A stretch of 45,935 nt of DNA from an uncultured Flavobacteriaceae bacterium (GTDB lineage: Bacteria > Bacteroidota > Bacteroidia > Flavobacteriales > Flavobacteriaceae): the NCBI GenBank assembly GCA_964572365.1, contig CAZNFK010000001.1:17522-63456 (forward strand), read 5' to 3'. Positions 18,569-27,309 of this stretch are shown here, piece by piece. A model generated the notes under the pieces. That model was not told where the DNA came from. It did no database searches and was given only the letters and a program-made list of their open reading frames with translations. How positions within the stretch are numbered: the first letter of the stretch is position 1; each line of letters starts with the position of its first letter. The translations under genes and the position numbers were made by a program.

Positions 18569-20137
18569 ATGTTTAAACATCTTAAAAAGGATTTGCCTGC
18601 CAGTATTGTCGTATTTTTTGTTGCCTTACCCTTATGCCTGGGGATAGCCCTGGCCAGTGGTGCCCCGTTGTTTTCGGGTCTCATCGCCGGAATGGTAGGG
18701 GGGATCGTAGTGGGGAGCTTATCGGGATCTTCGCTTGGAGTGAGCGGTCCGGCGGCAGGTCTTGCGGTAATCGTACTGGGAGCGATTGCTACCCTGGGAA
18801 GCTTTGAAAGTTTTCTTGCGGCCGTAGTCCTTGCAGGAATTATCCAGATCATTTTAGGACTCGCCAAAGCGGGGATTATTGCTTATTATTTTCCCTCTTC
18901 GGTCATTAAGGGTATGTTGGCCGGGATCGGGATCACCATTATCCTGCAACAGATCCCGTATGCCTTTGGCTATGAAAACCATGGCGCCATTGCTTCTGGA
19001 GGTGATGGGGGGATCTTCTCCTACTTCGGAAGTTATTTTAGTTTTATTTCACCCGGTGCCCTTATTGTTACACTCTTAGCACTTGGCGTGCTCCTGATCT
19101 GGGAAAAGGTTTTAAGTAAGAAACACAAAGTTTTCACCATAGTTCCCGGGCCGGTTGTTGCCGTTGTTTTGGGGGTGGTATATCAGTTATTTGTTTCAGG
19201 AGAACAATTTGGTATTCCTGCAAGCCAGCTGGTAACTGTTCCGGTACCTGAAGATGCCGCTTCCTTTTTCGGGCAATTCTCTTTTCCTGATTTTTCAGTA
19301 CTGGGAAGCTCTCAAGTTTGGATAGTGGCCGTTACTCTTGCCATTGTTGCAAGTCTTGAAACTCTTTTGAGTGTGGAAGCGGTTGATAAACTGGATCCGC
19401 GCAAACGGGTTACACCCACCAACAGGGAACTTTTTGCACAGGGTGCCGGTAATGTAGTTTCAGGCTTGATAGGTGGGCTGCCCATTACGCAGGTTATTGT
19501 AAGGAGTTCTGCTAACGTCCAGTCCGGTGGCCGCTCTAAAATGTCAGCAATAATGCACGGCTTTTTTATCCTTATTTCGATAGTTGCCATACCTGCGATC
19601 CTAAACATGATTCCATTAGCCGTTTTGGCAGCAGTCTTACTCCTGGTAGGATACAAATTAGCTAAACCCGCCTTGTTCCTTTCTATGGCGAAGTTGGGGA
19701 AATCACAGTTTTTACCGTTCCTTATTACCGTGTTAGGGGTCGTATTTACAGACCTCCTCATGGGAATTGGATTGGGCCTCATGGTAGGAATAAGTGTGAT
19801 CCTGATAAATAGTTACAAGAATTCACATTTTCTTCACCTGGAAGACGTGGGAGGAAACCACACTCTTTACAGGATGGTCCTGGCCGAGGAAATTAGCTTT
19901 CTCAATAAAGGAGCGATCCTGAGGGAGTTTCATGCTTTACCCGATAATTCCACCCTGGAGCTTGATGTTAGGCAAACCAAGGTGCTTGACTACGATGTCC
20001 TGGAGATCATTGAAGAATTTGCCGTTAAGGCTAAAAACCGTAATATTAGAATAAAATTGATCTCCCAAAAAGGGGAGGTCGAAAACCCGGAAAATTATCG
20101 CAGGTTCTTTGGATTGGACATGCCTGTTTCCGCATAA
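18569..20137 (+). CDS. sulP: SulP/SLC26 anion (probably bicarbonate) transporter with short STAS-like C-terminus
   Basis: DLPASIVVFFVALPLCLGIALASG, VSGPAAGL, NRELFAQG and VIVRSSAN. ATG 18569 preferred over GTG 18533. Confidence 0.92.
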   Translation: MFKHLKKDLPASIVVFFVALPLCLGIALASGAPLFSGLIAGMVGGIVVGSLSGSSLGVSGPAAGLAVIVLGAIATLGSFESFLAAVVLAGIIQIILGLAKAGIIAYYFPSSVIKGMLAGIGITIILQQIPYAFGYENHGAIASGGDGGIFSYFGSYFSFISPGALIVTLLALGVLLIWEKVLSKKHKVFTIVPGPVVAVVLGVVYQLFVSGEQFGIPASQLVTVPVPEDAASFFGQFSFPDFSVLGSSQVWIVAVTLAIVASLETLLSVEAVDKLDPRKRVTPTNRELFAQGAGNVVSGLIGGLPITQVIVRSSANVQSGGRSKMSAIMHGFFILISIVAIPAILNMIPLAVLAAVLLLVGYKLAKPALFLSMAKLGKSQFLPFLITVLGVVFTDLLMGIGLGLMVGISVILINSYKNSHFLHLEDVGGNHTLYRMVLAEEISFLNKGAILREFHALPDNSTLELDVRQTKVLDYDVLEIIEEFAVKAKNRNIRIKLISQKGEVENPENYRRFFGLDMPVSA

Positions 20138-20162
20138 TTAATAAATTAAAAAATATCAGATC

Positions 20163-20798
20163 ATGAGTAAATTATATGAGCAATTAATCGCGAACAACAA
20201 AAAGTGGGTTCAAAGCAAATTAGATCTTGACCCTGAATTTTTCAACAAACTTGCCCAGGGGCAACAACCTCCGCTGTTGTGGATTGGGTGTGCCGATAGT
20301 CGTGTGCCCGCCAACCAGATCATTGGTGCCCAGCCGGGAGAGGTCTTCGTCCACCGGAATATCGCCAATATGGTAGTGCATAGTGATATGAACATGCTGA
20401 GCGTTCTTGATTATGCAGTAAACGCCCTTAAGATCAAACATGTAATGGTGTGCGGTCACTATGGTTGTGGTGGGGTAAAAGCCGCCATGGGCAATGAATC
20501 AATAGGGTTGATCGACAACTGGATTAGGCATATCAAAGATGTATACCGCCTGCACAAAACAGAACTTGATGGGATCGAAGATGAAACCAAAAAATTTGAC
20601 CGGTTTGTGGAACTGAACGTGAAGGAGCAGGTACTTGGACTGGCCAAAACTTCGATCGTGCAGAATGCGTGGCACAATAACCAGGAACTGCATTTGCATG
20701 GTGTTGTTTACGGAGTTGGCTCGGGGATCATCGAAGATCTTGGAGTGAACATCAGTAATAACTCAGAATTGGATGAGGTCTACCAGCTAAGCTTCTAA
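20163..20798 (+). CDS. can: Beta-class carbonic anhydrase
   Basis: IGCADSRVP, GEVFVHRNIAN and CGHYGCGG zinc ligands. Confidence 0.95.
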   Translation: MSKLYEQLIANNKKWVQSKLDLDPEFFNKLAQGQQPPLLWIGCADSRVPANQIIGAQPGEVFVHRNIANMVVHSDMNMLSVLDYAVNALKIKHVMVCGHYGCGGVKAAMGNESIGLIDNWIRHIKDVYRLHKTELDGIEDETKKFDRFVELNVKEQVLGLAKTSIVQNAWHNNQELHLHGVVYGVGSGIIEDLGVNISNNSELDEVYQLSF

Positions 20799-20807
20799 GA
20801 AACTGAA

Positions 20808-21362
20808 TTAATTATTTTTAGGGGGATTTTCCGTTTCTTCTTGCTGATCTTCTTCAGGAGGAGTTTCGAAAAATTCCCCTTCTTTTATTTCATCGATTAT
20901 TGCGGGTAGGAATAAAGGTGCAAATTCATGCACCGGCTCATAAAGAATAGAACTTTCCCGGGTTTCCTTATCTACTTCGAATATTTCGAAGTTTTCGAGG
21001 AACATGAAAAAAAGACTGGCCAAAAAGGCCATTTTCAGCATTCCGAAGATGCCGCCCAGGAGCCTGTTCACCAGTCCCAGAGCTAAAAGATGTAACATGC
21101 GGGTAAGTAGGTTACCCAACAGTGAAATTAGGAGGGCAACAATGAAAAAGGTAAGTGCAAAAGCAATAATTGACAGTATCTCTTCATCCCAGGAAAAGAA
21201 AATTCCGAGGAAATCAAACATGGCGTCAGAAAAATGGATAGCGGCGTAAATTCCGGCAATGAGCGCGATGAGTCCGGCAAGTTCGGCTAAAAATCCCTTA
21301 AAAATCCCTCTAACGATTCCCAGTAGCAGGAAGATGCTAAGGATAAGATCAATGATATTCAT
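20808..21362 (-). CDS. cvpA: CvpA (colicin V production) family membrane protein
   Basis: MNIIDLIL...RGIFKGF, four TMs, NRLLGGIFG and S-x-LY. Confidence 0.9.
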   Translation of the reverse strand: MNIIDLILSIFLLLGIVRGIFKGFLAELAGLIALIAGIYAAIHFSDAMFDFLGIFFSWDEEILSIIAFALTFFIVALLISLLGNLLTRMLHLLALGLVNRLLGGIFGMLKMAFLASLFFMFLENFEIFEVDKETRESSILYEPVHEFAPLFLPAIIDEIKEGEFFETPPEEDQQEETENPPKNN

Positions 21363-21367
21363 GGACT

Positions 21368-21405
21368 CAAAGATAGCAAATTCCCGTAGTTAGTAAGTAT
21401 CTTTG
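21368..21405. promoter_or_regulatory. Divergent pair of TATCTTTG -7 elements
   Basis: TATCTTTG on the minus strand (21375-21368, cvpA) and on the plus strand (21398-21405, ORF 21410). Confidence 0.7.
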
Positions 21406-21409
21406 CCTC

Positions 21410-21766
21410 ATGTCAAGAGATGAACAATTAAAAGAGCGCTGGAACCAGGTAGAGGAGAAACTCTCCCGACAGTTCGCCGATGGTGAGAAACTGGAGCTCG
21501 ATGCGATAATATATTTGATTGGTCTGCAGGAGTTGGGCCAGGTACACCGTAAATTCAAAAAGGACCATAAGCTCGACCTTATGCATATTGCCATTTGCAG
21601 GTTACTGGAACCGTATGGTTATTATGAATTTGAATTTTACGATGATGAGGGTTGGCCACATTATAAGACCATTGAGCAGCTTCCGCAGTTAAAAGCGGGG
21701 GAGCAGTCTGTGCTCATGAAAGAGGCTATCGTGCAGTACTTCCTGGAAAAGGACTATATCAAATAG
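21410..21766 (+). CDS. Conserved hypothetical protein (Bacteroidota type)
   Basis: Intact 118-aa ORF with a promoter element; LIGLQELG, KLDLMHIAICRLL and DDEGWPHY look like conserved motifs. Confidence 0.85.
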   Translation: MSRDEQLKERWNQVEEKLSRQFADGEKLELDAIIYLIGLQELGQVHRKFKKDHKLDLMHIAICRLLEPYGYYEFEFYDDEGWPHYKTIEQLPQLKAGEQSVLMKEAIVQYFLEKDYIK

Positions 21767-21847
21767 CAGTTTCGGCTTTTTAACCGATCTTCTTTCCCAT
21801 CTTTTGAATCGCGCCGGAGTTGGGACAGGAAATACCGTATTATTTCA

Positions 21848-21855
21848 TAAATTTG
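21848..21855 (+). promoter_or_regulatory. -7 promoter element (TAAATTTG) for pheS
   Basis: TAnnTTTG 22 nt before the ATG. Confidence 0.65.
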
Positions 21856-21877
21856 CGCTTCCTAAAGAAAAGGGACC

Positions 21878-22897
21878 ATGATAGATAAAATTGAGAACTA
21901 TATTTCTGAAATTGAAGCCTTCAAGGCAAATACCAAAGAAGAAGTAGAAGATTTTCGTATAAAATATTTAGGCAAAAAGGGTATTTTGAACCGGTATTTT
22001 GCTGAGTTCAAAAATGTACCCAATGACCAGAAAAAGGATTTTGGGCAGGCGGTGAACAACCTTAAAAATGCGGCACAGGATAAAGTGCAGCAGTTAAAAG
22101 AGCAGCTGGAAAGTAAGGAGGAGGAAAAAGGGATCTACGGAGACCTTACCCGTCCCGGCGAACCCGTTGAAATTGGCGCCCGCCATCCTATTTCCATTGT
22201 TAAGAACCAGATTATCGAGATCTTTTCAAATATTGGGTTCAATGTTTCTGAAGGTCCCGAAATAGAGGACGACTGGCATAATTTCACGGCTTTGAACCTT
22301 CCAGAATACCATCCGGCGCGTGATATGCAGGATACTTTTTTCATCCAGACCAATCCAGATGTGCTGTTGCGCACCCACACCTCTTCGGTACAGGTGCGCT
22401 ACATGGAAGAGAACAAGCCGCCTATCAGAACCATTTCTCCCGGAAGAGTTTTTAGAAATGAGGCTATTTCGGCGCGTTCTCACTGTATCTTTCACCAGGT
22501 GGAAGGATTATATATCGACAAGGATGTTTCTTTTGCCGATTTGAAGCAAACTTTGCTTTACTTTACGAAACAGCTTTTTGGAAAGTCCAAGATCAGGTTG
22601 CGGCCTTCTTATTTTCCGTTTACCGAGCCAAGCGCAGAGGTGGATATTTACTGGGGACTGGAAACCGAAACAGATTACCGTATTACCAAGGGAACCGGGT
22701 GGCTGGAGATCATGGGCTGCGGGATGGTAGATCCCAATGTATTGCGCAACTGTAACATAGATCCTGCAGAATATTCCGGATTCGCATTTGGAATGGGAAT
22801 AGAAAGGATCGCGATGCTGTTGTACCAAATAGGGGATATTCGCATGTTCTATGAAAATGACATGAGGTTCCTGGAACAATTCAAATCTTCAATATGA
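21878..22897 (+). CDS. pheS: Phenylalanine--tRNA ligase alpha subunit
   Basis: [32 protein letters not shown] and [10 protein letters not shown]. Confidence 0.98.
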   Translation: MIDKIENYISEIEAFKANTKEEVEDFRIKYLGKKGILNRYFAEFKNVPNDQKKDFGQAVNNLKNAAQDKVQQLKEQLESKEEEKGIYGDLTRPGEPVEIGARHPISIVKNQIIEIFSNIGFNVSEGPEIEDDWHNFTALNLPEYHPARDMQDTFFIQTNPDVLLRTHTSSVQVRYMEENKPPIRTISPGRVFRNEAISARSHCIFHQVEGLYIDKDVSFADLKQTLLYFTKQLFGKSKIRLRPSYFPFTEPSAEVDIYWGLETETDYRITKGTGWLEIMGCGMVDPNVLRNCNIDPAEYSGFAFGMGIERIAMLLYQIGDIRMFYENDMRFLEQFKSSI

Positions 22898-23061
22898 AAA
22901 CAGCGGGTTTAATTATTTTCGGCATACTAGCAGTTGCGGTCATCATTATTTTGATCGTGGTGGAGATAATTGAACTGGTTGTTGGAGCCATACTTTTAGG
23001 AATTGCCGCGCTTATCCTTTGGGGGCTATGGAAGTGGGCAAAGAAAAAGATCAAAGATTAA
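22894..23061 (+). CDS. 55-aa small membrane protein (absent from the ORF track)
   Basis: [59 protein letters not shown] overlap with the pheS stop; its TAA abuts GTG 23062. Confidence 0.8.
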   Translation: MKTAGLIIFGILAVAVIIILIVVEIIELVVGAILLGIAALILWGLWKWAKKKIKD

Positions 23062-23457
23062 GTGAAGAAAGATATTGACATACCCAGGGTAGAGGGGATT
23101 TACGTTGCCGCTGTGCGTGAAAAAAATGAGGAATTCCAGTCAATGGACTGGAATGCTTATTTGATCAATGATAAAGAAACGCCCATTGATACGGTTCTAA
23201 TAGTGACTCGTGGTTATGATGATGAGGATGTCACTTCCACCATGAGGCACTCCATAAAAGAACTGCCACCACAATCTTTTGCTAAAGTAGAATTTTTGCA
23301 GGACGAGGTCCTCAAGCTTAATAATGAATTTTCGGTTTCCTATTTTTCAGAAGGAAAGATGTTTCATAAAAAGTTCGTATTCAGAAAGAACAGCATCAAC
23401 GAAAAAGCTTTGCAGGAGCTTCCGGTGATTCCAAAAAAAGGGGTATTGCTGAAGTAA
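23062..23457 (+). CDS. Conserved hypothetical protein
   Basis: 131-aa ORF coupled to the upstream small ORF; MKKDI-x-IP-x-V, WNAYLIN, TSTMRH and LNNEF. Confidence 0.8.
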   Translation: MKKDIDIPRVEGIYVAAVREKNEEFQSMDWNAYLINDKETPIDTVLIVTRGYDDEDVTSTMRHSIKELPPQSFAKVEFLQDEVLKLNNEFSVSYFSEGKMFHKKFVFRKNSINEKALQELPVIPKKGVLLK

Positions 23458-23459
23458 TC

Positions 23460-23915
23460 TTAGCGCTTTACTTTACTCTCGTATAATTTCACCCATTCCT
23501 CCGGAGTCATTTTTGAAACCAGTTTCGCGATTAAATCCAACGGAATGTCATCTGGTTTTTTAAACCTGATGCAGCTTTTCCCCATATCTAATTTTCTTTG
23601 GGAGTACTTCGGAAATTCCGAAACAAACCAATCCAGTAATTCTTTATTGGCATAAATCCCCATGTGGTAGAGGGCGATGTAATTCTTTTGTGAGGCAAGG
23701 TTAATGAAAGGAAGCGGTTGCTTTGGATCGGCATGATAACCTGAAGGATAAATGGAATGAGGTACATGAAAACTGAGCATTCCGTAGCCCATACCTTCCT
23801 CAAAACCCGGTGGCAGATTGTCCTTGATCACCTGTCTTAGATCTTTCATCGCCTTTTTCCTGTCAGGAGAAAGAGATTCCAGGTAATCGTCGGGATCTTT
23901 GGCTGTTGATCTCAC
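23460..23915 (-). CDS. DUF1801 (YdhG-like) protein
   Basis: LPPGFEEGMGYGM, YPSGYH, LASQKNYIALY and DMGKSCIRFKK. Confidence 0.88.
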   Translation of the reverse strand: MRSTAKDPDDYLESLSPDRKKAMKDLRQVIKDNLPPGFEEGMGYGMLSFHVPHSIYPSGYHADPKQPLPFINLASQKNYIALYHMGIYANKELLDWFVSEFPKYSQRKLDMGKSCIRFKKPDDIPLDLIAKLVSKMTPEEWVKLYESKVKR

Positions 23916-23926
23916 CTTGAAGTGTT

Positions 23927-24922
23927 TTAGTCCAGTTTATCTGCAAGTTTTTTGAAAACCTTCTTAGGTTCTTTTCCTTCATACAAAATAGCGTGGACGG
24001 CATTGATGATGGGGGTTTTCGCTCCCGTGTTCTGTACGATCTTATAGGCGCTGTCTGTGGCATAATACCCTTCGGCCACCATGCTCATTTCCATTTGGGC
24101 GCTTTTCACGGTATAGCCTTTTCCGATCATGTTTCCGAACATACGGTTACGGCTAAAAACTGAGTAACCGGTCACCAAAAGGTCTCCCAGGTAGGCTGAA
24201 TCGTTGATATTCCGTTTCATTTTGTGAACCTTCTTGATAAACTTTTTCATCTCTCTGATCGCATTGCTCATCAACACGCTCTGGAAATTATCACCATAAC
24301 CCAGGCCATGGGCGATTCCTGCGGCGATGGCGTAAATATTCTTCAGCATGGCCGCGTACTCGGTACCAATGATGTCGTCACTGGTCTTGGTAGTGATATA
24401 GTCACTGCTTAGGTGTTTCGCCACCAGTTTAGCCTTCTCCTCATCGGCACATGCGATGGTAAGGTAAGACAGCCTTTCCAGCGCTACCTCTTCGGCATGG
24501 CACGGACCGGTGATCACCCCAATGTTGTCGTATGGAATATTATAGGTCTTGTGGAAATGTTCACCAACGATAAGACTGCTTTCCGGCACTATCCCTTTAA
24601 TTGCTGAAAAAATGATCTTTCCGTCAAGAGATTCGGTGAGATTGTCCAGTTCGCGTTTCAAAAAGGCAGAGGGAATGGCAAAGATCAGGATATCAGCTTC
24701 CTTAACAATTTTGTTGATGTCATTGCTAAGGTGAAGCTGATTAATGTCAAATTCAACCGAACTGAGGTAATTTGGGTTGTGTTCCTGCTTTTTTATATGT
24801 TCAATGGCATAAACGCTGCGCATATACCAGCTTACTTCATCCAGATTCTCACATAACATTTTCACGATAGCCGTAGCCCAGCTACCTCCACCCAAAACGG
24901 CGAATTTTGGTGATGATTCCAT
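23927..24922 (-). CDS. gpsA: NAD(P)H-dependent glycerol-3-phosphate dehydrogenase
   Basis: GGGSWATA, AIKG, GPCHAEEV, LKNIYAIAAG and GDLLVT..S..SRN; ATG 24922. Confidence 0.96.
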   Translation of the reverse strand: MESSPKFAVLGGGSWATAIVKMLCENLDEVSWYMRSVYAIEHIKKQEHNPNYLSSVEFDINQLHLSNDINKIVKEADILIFAIPSAFLKRELDNLTESLDGKIIFSAIKGIVPESSLIVGEHFHKTYNIPYDNIGVITGPCHAEEVALERLSYLTIACADEEKAKLVAKHLSSDYITTKTSDDIIGTEYAAMLKNIYAIAAGIAHGLGYGDNFQSVLMSNAIREMKKFIKKVHKMKRNINDSAYLGDLLVTGYSVFSRNRMFGNMIGKGYTVKSAQMEMSMVAEGYYATDSAYKIVQNTGAKTPIINAVHAILYEGKEPKKVFKKLADKLD

Positions 24923-24943
24923 AAAGATTTTTTTATCTGAACC

Positions 24944-24951
24944 CAAAAATA
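24944..24951 (-). promoter_or_regulatory. -7 promoter element (TATTTTTG) for gpsA
   Basis: TAnnTTTG on the minus strand 21 nt before the ATG. Confidence 0.6.
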
Positions 24952-25079
24952 AGGAAAATAAAGAGGTTGAGAAGTGGGCTGTTCCTAAAGATATAATTAA
25001 AAGTTAAAGCAGAGGCTTAAAACTTTAACATTCAAATTTTTAGATTGACGTACGATAGAAAATAAATGTGCGTTATACC

Positions 25080-25176
25080 CTTAGAAAGATTATTTTTTAG
25101 AAGAGTTTAATCTTTTTGGTTGGTTAGTTAGTGAAGAATTGCCTCTGTGATCTCAAATCCAGAGGCAATTTTTTTT
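25080..25176 (+). ncRNA. Candidate small RNA antiparallel to the flanking genes
   Basis: 5' hairpin AAAGATTA/TAATCTTT (25085-25115), unpaired TTGGTTGGTTAGTTAGT, then a terminator whose U-tract is on the + strand although both neighbours are on the - strand. Confidence 0.4.
25137..25176 (+). terminator. Intrinsic terminator (U-tract on + strand; may also stop nadD)
   Basis: AATTGCCTCTG-N12-CAGAGGCAATT followed by T6. Confidence 0.8.
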
Positions 25177-25759
25177 ATCGGTAGAAATTCATCTCATCAA
25201 TGTACTGCCACACCACTGGTGGTAAAAGGGGCCTTACATCTTTACCTTCTTTAATGGCTTTCCTGATGAAGGTGGAGGAAATTTCGATCCTGGGCGCATC
25301 AATTCTTATGATTCTCGGATGATCTTCAAAGATCTTTTCAACTTTTCCTTCTGAAAACCTCGGATATACCACGACGTTATGCCGTTCTAGGATAACCTCG
25401 TAATTCTTCCATTTTGGGAAGCTCTTGAGGTTGTCTTCTCCCATGATAAGAGCGAATTCATAATTTGGGTACTTATCTTCAAGATGAGCCAGGGTAGATG
25501 TAGTGTAATTTGGCTGCGGCAGGTTGAATTCCACATCACTTGGCTTTAGCCCCGGATAATCCTCGCATAATCGCCACACCATTTCGAAGCGGTGGTGGTC
25601 ATTCAACAAGCTGCTTTTCTTCTTCAGTGGATTGTGCGGAGTCACCACCAGCCAAACTTCATCAAGATCTGAATACTGCCACAGGTGATTGGCCAGGATA
25701 AGATGCCCTATGTGTACCGGGTTAAAAGTTCCGAAAAAAAGCCCGATCTTCTTTTTCAC
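25175..25759 (-). CDS. nadD: Nicotinate-nucleotide adenylyltransferase
   Basis: GTFNPVHIGH, LIMGEDN and ISSTFIR. Confidence 0.96.
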   Translation of the reverse strand: MKKKIGLFFGTFNPVHIGHLILANHLWQYSDLDEVWLVVTPHNPLKKKSSLLNDHHRFEMVWRLCEDYPGLKPSDVEFNLPQPNYTTSTLAHLEDKYPNYEFALIMGEDNLKSFPKWKNYEVILERHNVVVYPRFSEGKVEKIFEDHPRIIRIDAPRIEISSTFIRKAIKEGKDVRPLLPPVVWQYIDEMNFYR

Positions 25760-26346
25760 TTTTCAGTCCTTTTTTCTGCGCCCACAAAATCGGAAACTAG
25801 TGAATAAGCTTCCTCAAGCGCGGTGTTGAGATCGTTGTTCACAATAATGTGATCGAATTGCGGAGCTGTGGCAAGTTCAATTGATGCTTTTGCGACCCGC
25901 ATATTGATCTTGTCTGGAGATTCCGTCTGGCGTTTCTTAAGCCTTATCTTCAGTTCCTCGATACTGGGAGGTTTTACAAAAACAGCCAGAGTCTTTTCGG
26001 GATAGATATGTTTAATGTCAAGGCCTCCCACCACGTCAATGTCGAAGATCACGTTCTTACCTTCGGCCCAGATGCGTTCTACTTCGCTTTTCAGAGTTCC
26101 GTAGAAATTATCACGATAGACTTCTTCCCATTCCAGGAATTCATCGTTTTTTATCTTCTTCTTAAAATCCTCCAGGCTCAAAAAATAGTAATCTTTTCCA
26201 TTTTTTTCGTTGCCTCTTGGTTCCCTGGAGGTCGCAGAAATGGAAAATTCCAGGTTAAGTTCTTCCTGTGCCAGCAAGTACCGTACGATGGTAGTTTTAC
26301 CCGACCCTGATGGTGCCGAAAATACGATTAGTTTTCCGTCGGCCAT
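25756..26346 (-). CDS. gmk: Guanylate kinase
   Basis: APSGSGKTT, SATSREPR, FLEWEEV and YGT. Confidence 0.97.
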   Translation of the reverse strand: MADGKLIVFSAPSGSGKTTIVRYLLAQEELNLEFSISATSREPRGNEKNGKDYYFLSLEDFKKKIKNDEFLEWEEVYRDNFYGTLKSEVERIWAEGKNVIFDIDVVGGLDIKHIYPEKTLAVFVKPPSIEELKIRLKKRQTESPDKINMRVAKASIELATAPQFDHIIVNNDLNTALEEAYSLVSDFVGAEKRTEK

Positions 26347-27203
26347 TACAATACGTTTAGCAGTTGTTCCTTGATCTTTTCCAACTCATCCTTCATCTGT
26401 ACCACCAGTTGCTGCATGGGCGCGTAATTGGACTTGCTTCCAATAGTATTGATCTCACGACCCATTTCCTGGGAGATGAAGGCAAGTTTTTTTCCGTTAG
26501 AATCGGCAGATTTCAATGTTTCCAGGAAATAGCTCATGTGGTTCTCCAAACGCACTTTTTCCTCGGTAATATCAAATTTTTCGATGTAGTAAACCAGTTC
26601 CTGTTCAAAGCGGTTCTCGTCTACATTTTCTTTTAGTTCGGCCACTCCTTTTAGAAGTCGTTCTCTAACTCCGGCGATCCTTTCAGGATCCATGGCAATT
26701 ACGTCCTGTAATAATTGCTGAATATTTTTTGCGCGTTGCACCAGTTCGTCTTCCAAAGCCTTTCCTTCAGCCGAACGAAAATCATTGATCTCTTTCAATG
26801 CTTCTTCCACCGCTGCTTCGATGATCCTGAATTCTTCTTCATCAATTTCCTCCCTTTCAGTCTTAAGGGCATCGGGCATGCGTACCGCCATTTTCAGCAA
26901 CTCGGTTTCATCACCTTCTACGATCTCCCTGAGCTGTTCCATGTATTTTCGCACCACCGCACGGTTTACAGCCGCTGTGGTTTCCTCTCCCGTGATCTCA
27001 ACGTAGACTGAAAAATCCACTTTTCCGCGGGAAAGGGATCTCGAGATGAGGTTGCGAAGCAACAATTCCTTTTCTCTGTATTGAGACGGAATGCGCGCGT
27101 TAAGGTCAAGATTTTTGCTGTTGAGGGATTTGATCTCTACGGTGATCTTTTTGTTGGGAAGCTGAGAAATGCTCTTCCCGAAGCCGGTCATTGACTGAAT
27201 CAT
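26346..27203 (-). CDS. yicC: YicC/YloC family endoribonuclease
   Basis: MIQSMTGFG, DITEEKVRL, GKKL-x-F..QEMGREINTIGSK; typical position upstream of gmk. Confidence 0.94.
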   Translation of the reverse strand: MIQSMTGFGKSISQLPNKKITVEIKSLNSKNLDLNARIPSQYREKELLLRNLISRSLSRGKVDFSVYVEITGEETTAAVNRAVVRKYMEQLREIVEGDETELLKMAVRMPDALKTEREEIDEEEFRIIEAAVEEALKEINDFRSAEGKALEDELVQRAKNIQQLLQDVIAMDPERIAGVRERLLKGVAELKENVDENRFEQELVYYIEKFDITEEKVRLENHMSYFLETLKSADSNGKKLAFISQEMGREINTIGSKSNYAPMQQLVVQMKDELEKIKEQLLNVL

Positions 27204-27223
27204 GCTGAATTATTAAGGTTGCG

Positions 27224-27231
27224 CAAAGATA
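27224..27231 (-). promoter_or_regulatory. -7 promoter element (TATCTTTG) for yicC-gmk-nadD
   Basis: Perfect TAnnTTTG followed by C on the minus strand, 20 nt before the ATG. Confidence 0.75.
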
Positions 27232-27309
27232 AGGAATTCTGTAGCAGTGCAAAGACTGTCCTCCTTCAATTTTGGATCACAAAGGAGTTGATAAAAAGTA
27301 TTTAATTAA

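Noticed and set aside
21767-21877. Possible T-box or PheM-like attenuator before pheS (and likewise before ileS)
   Set aside because: The promoter element sits about 22 nt from the ATG, leaving no room; no T-box motif or Phe-rich leader seen.
27271-27297. CTCCTT/AAGGAG hairpin after DUF1206
   Set aside because: 6-bp stem with a large loop and no U-tract; too weak to call a terminator.
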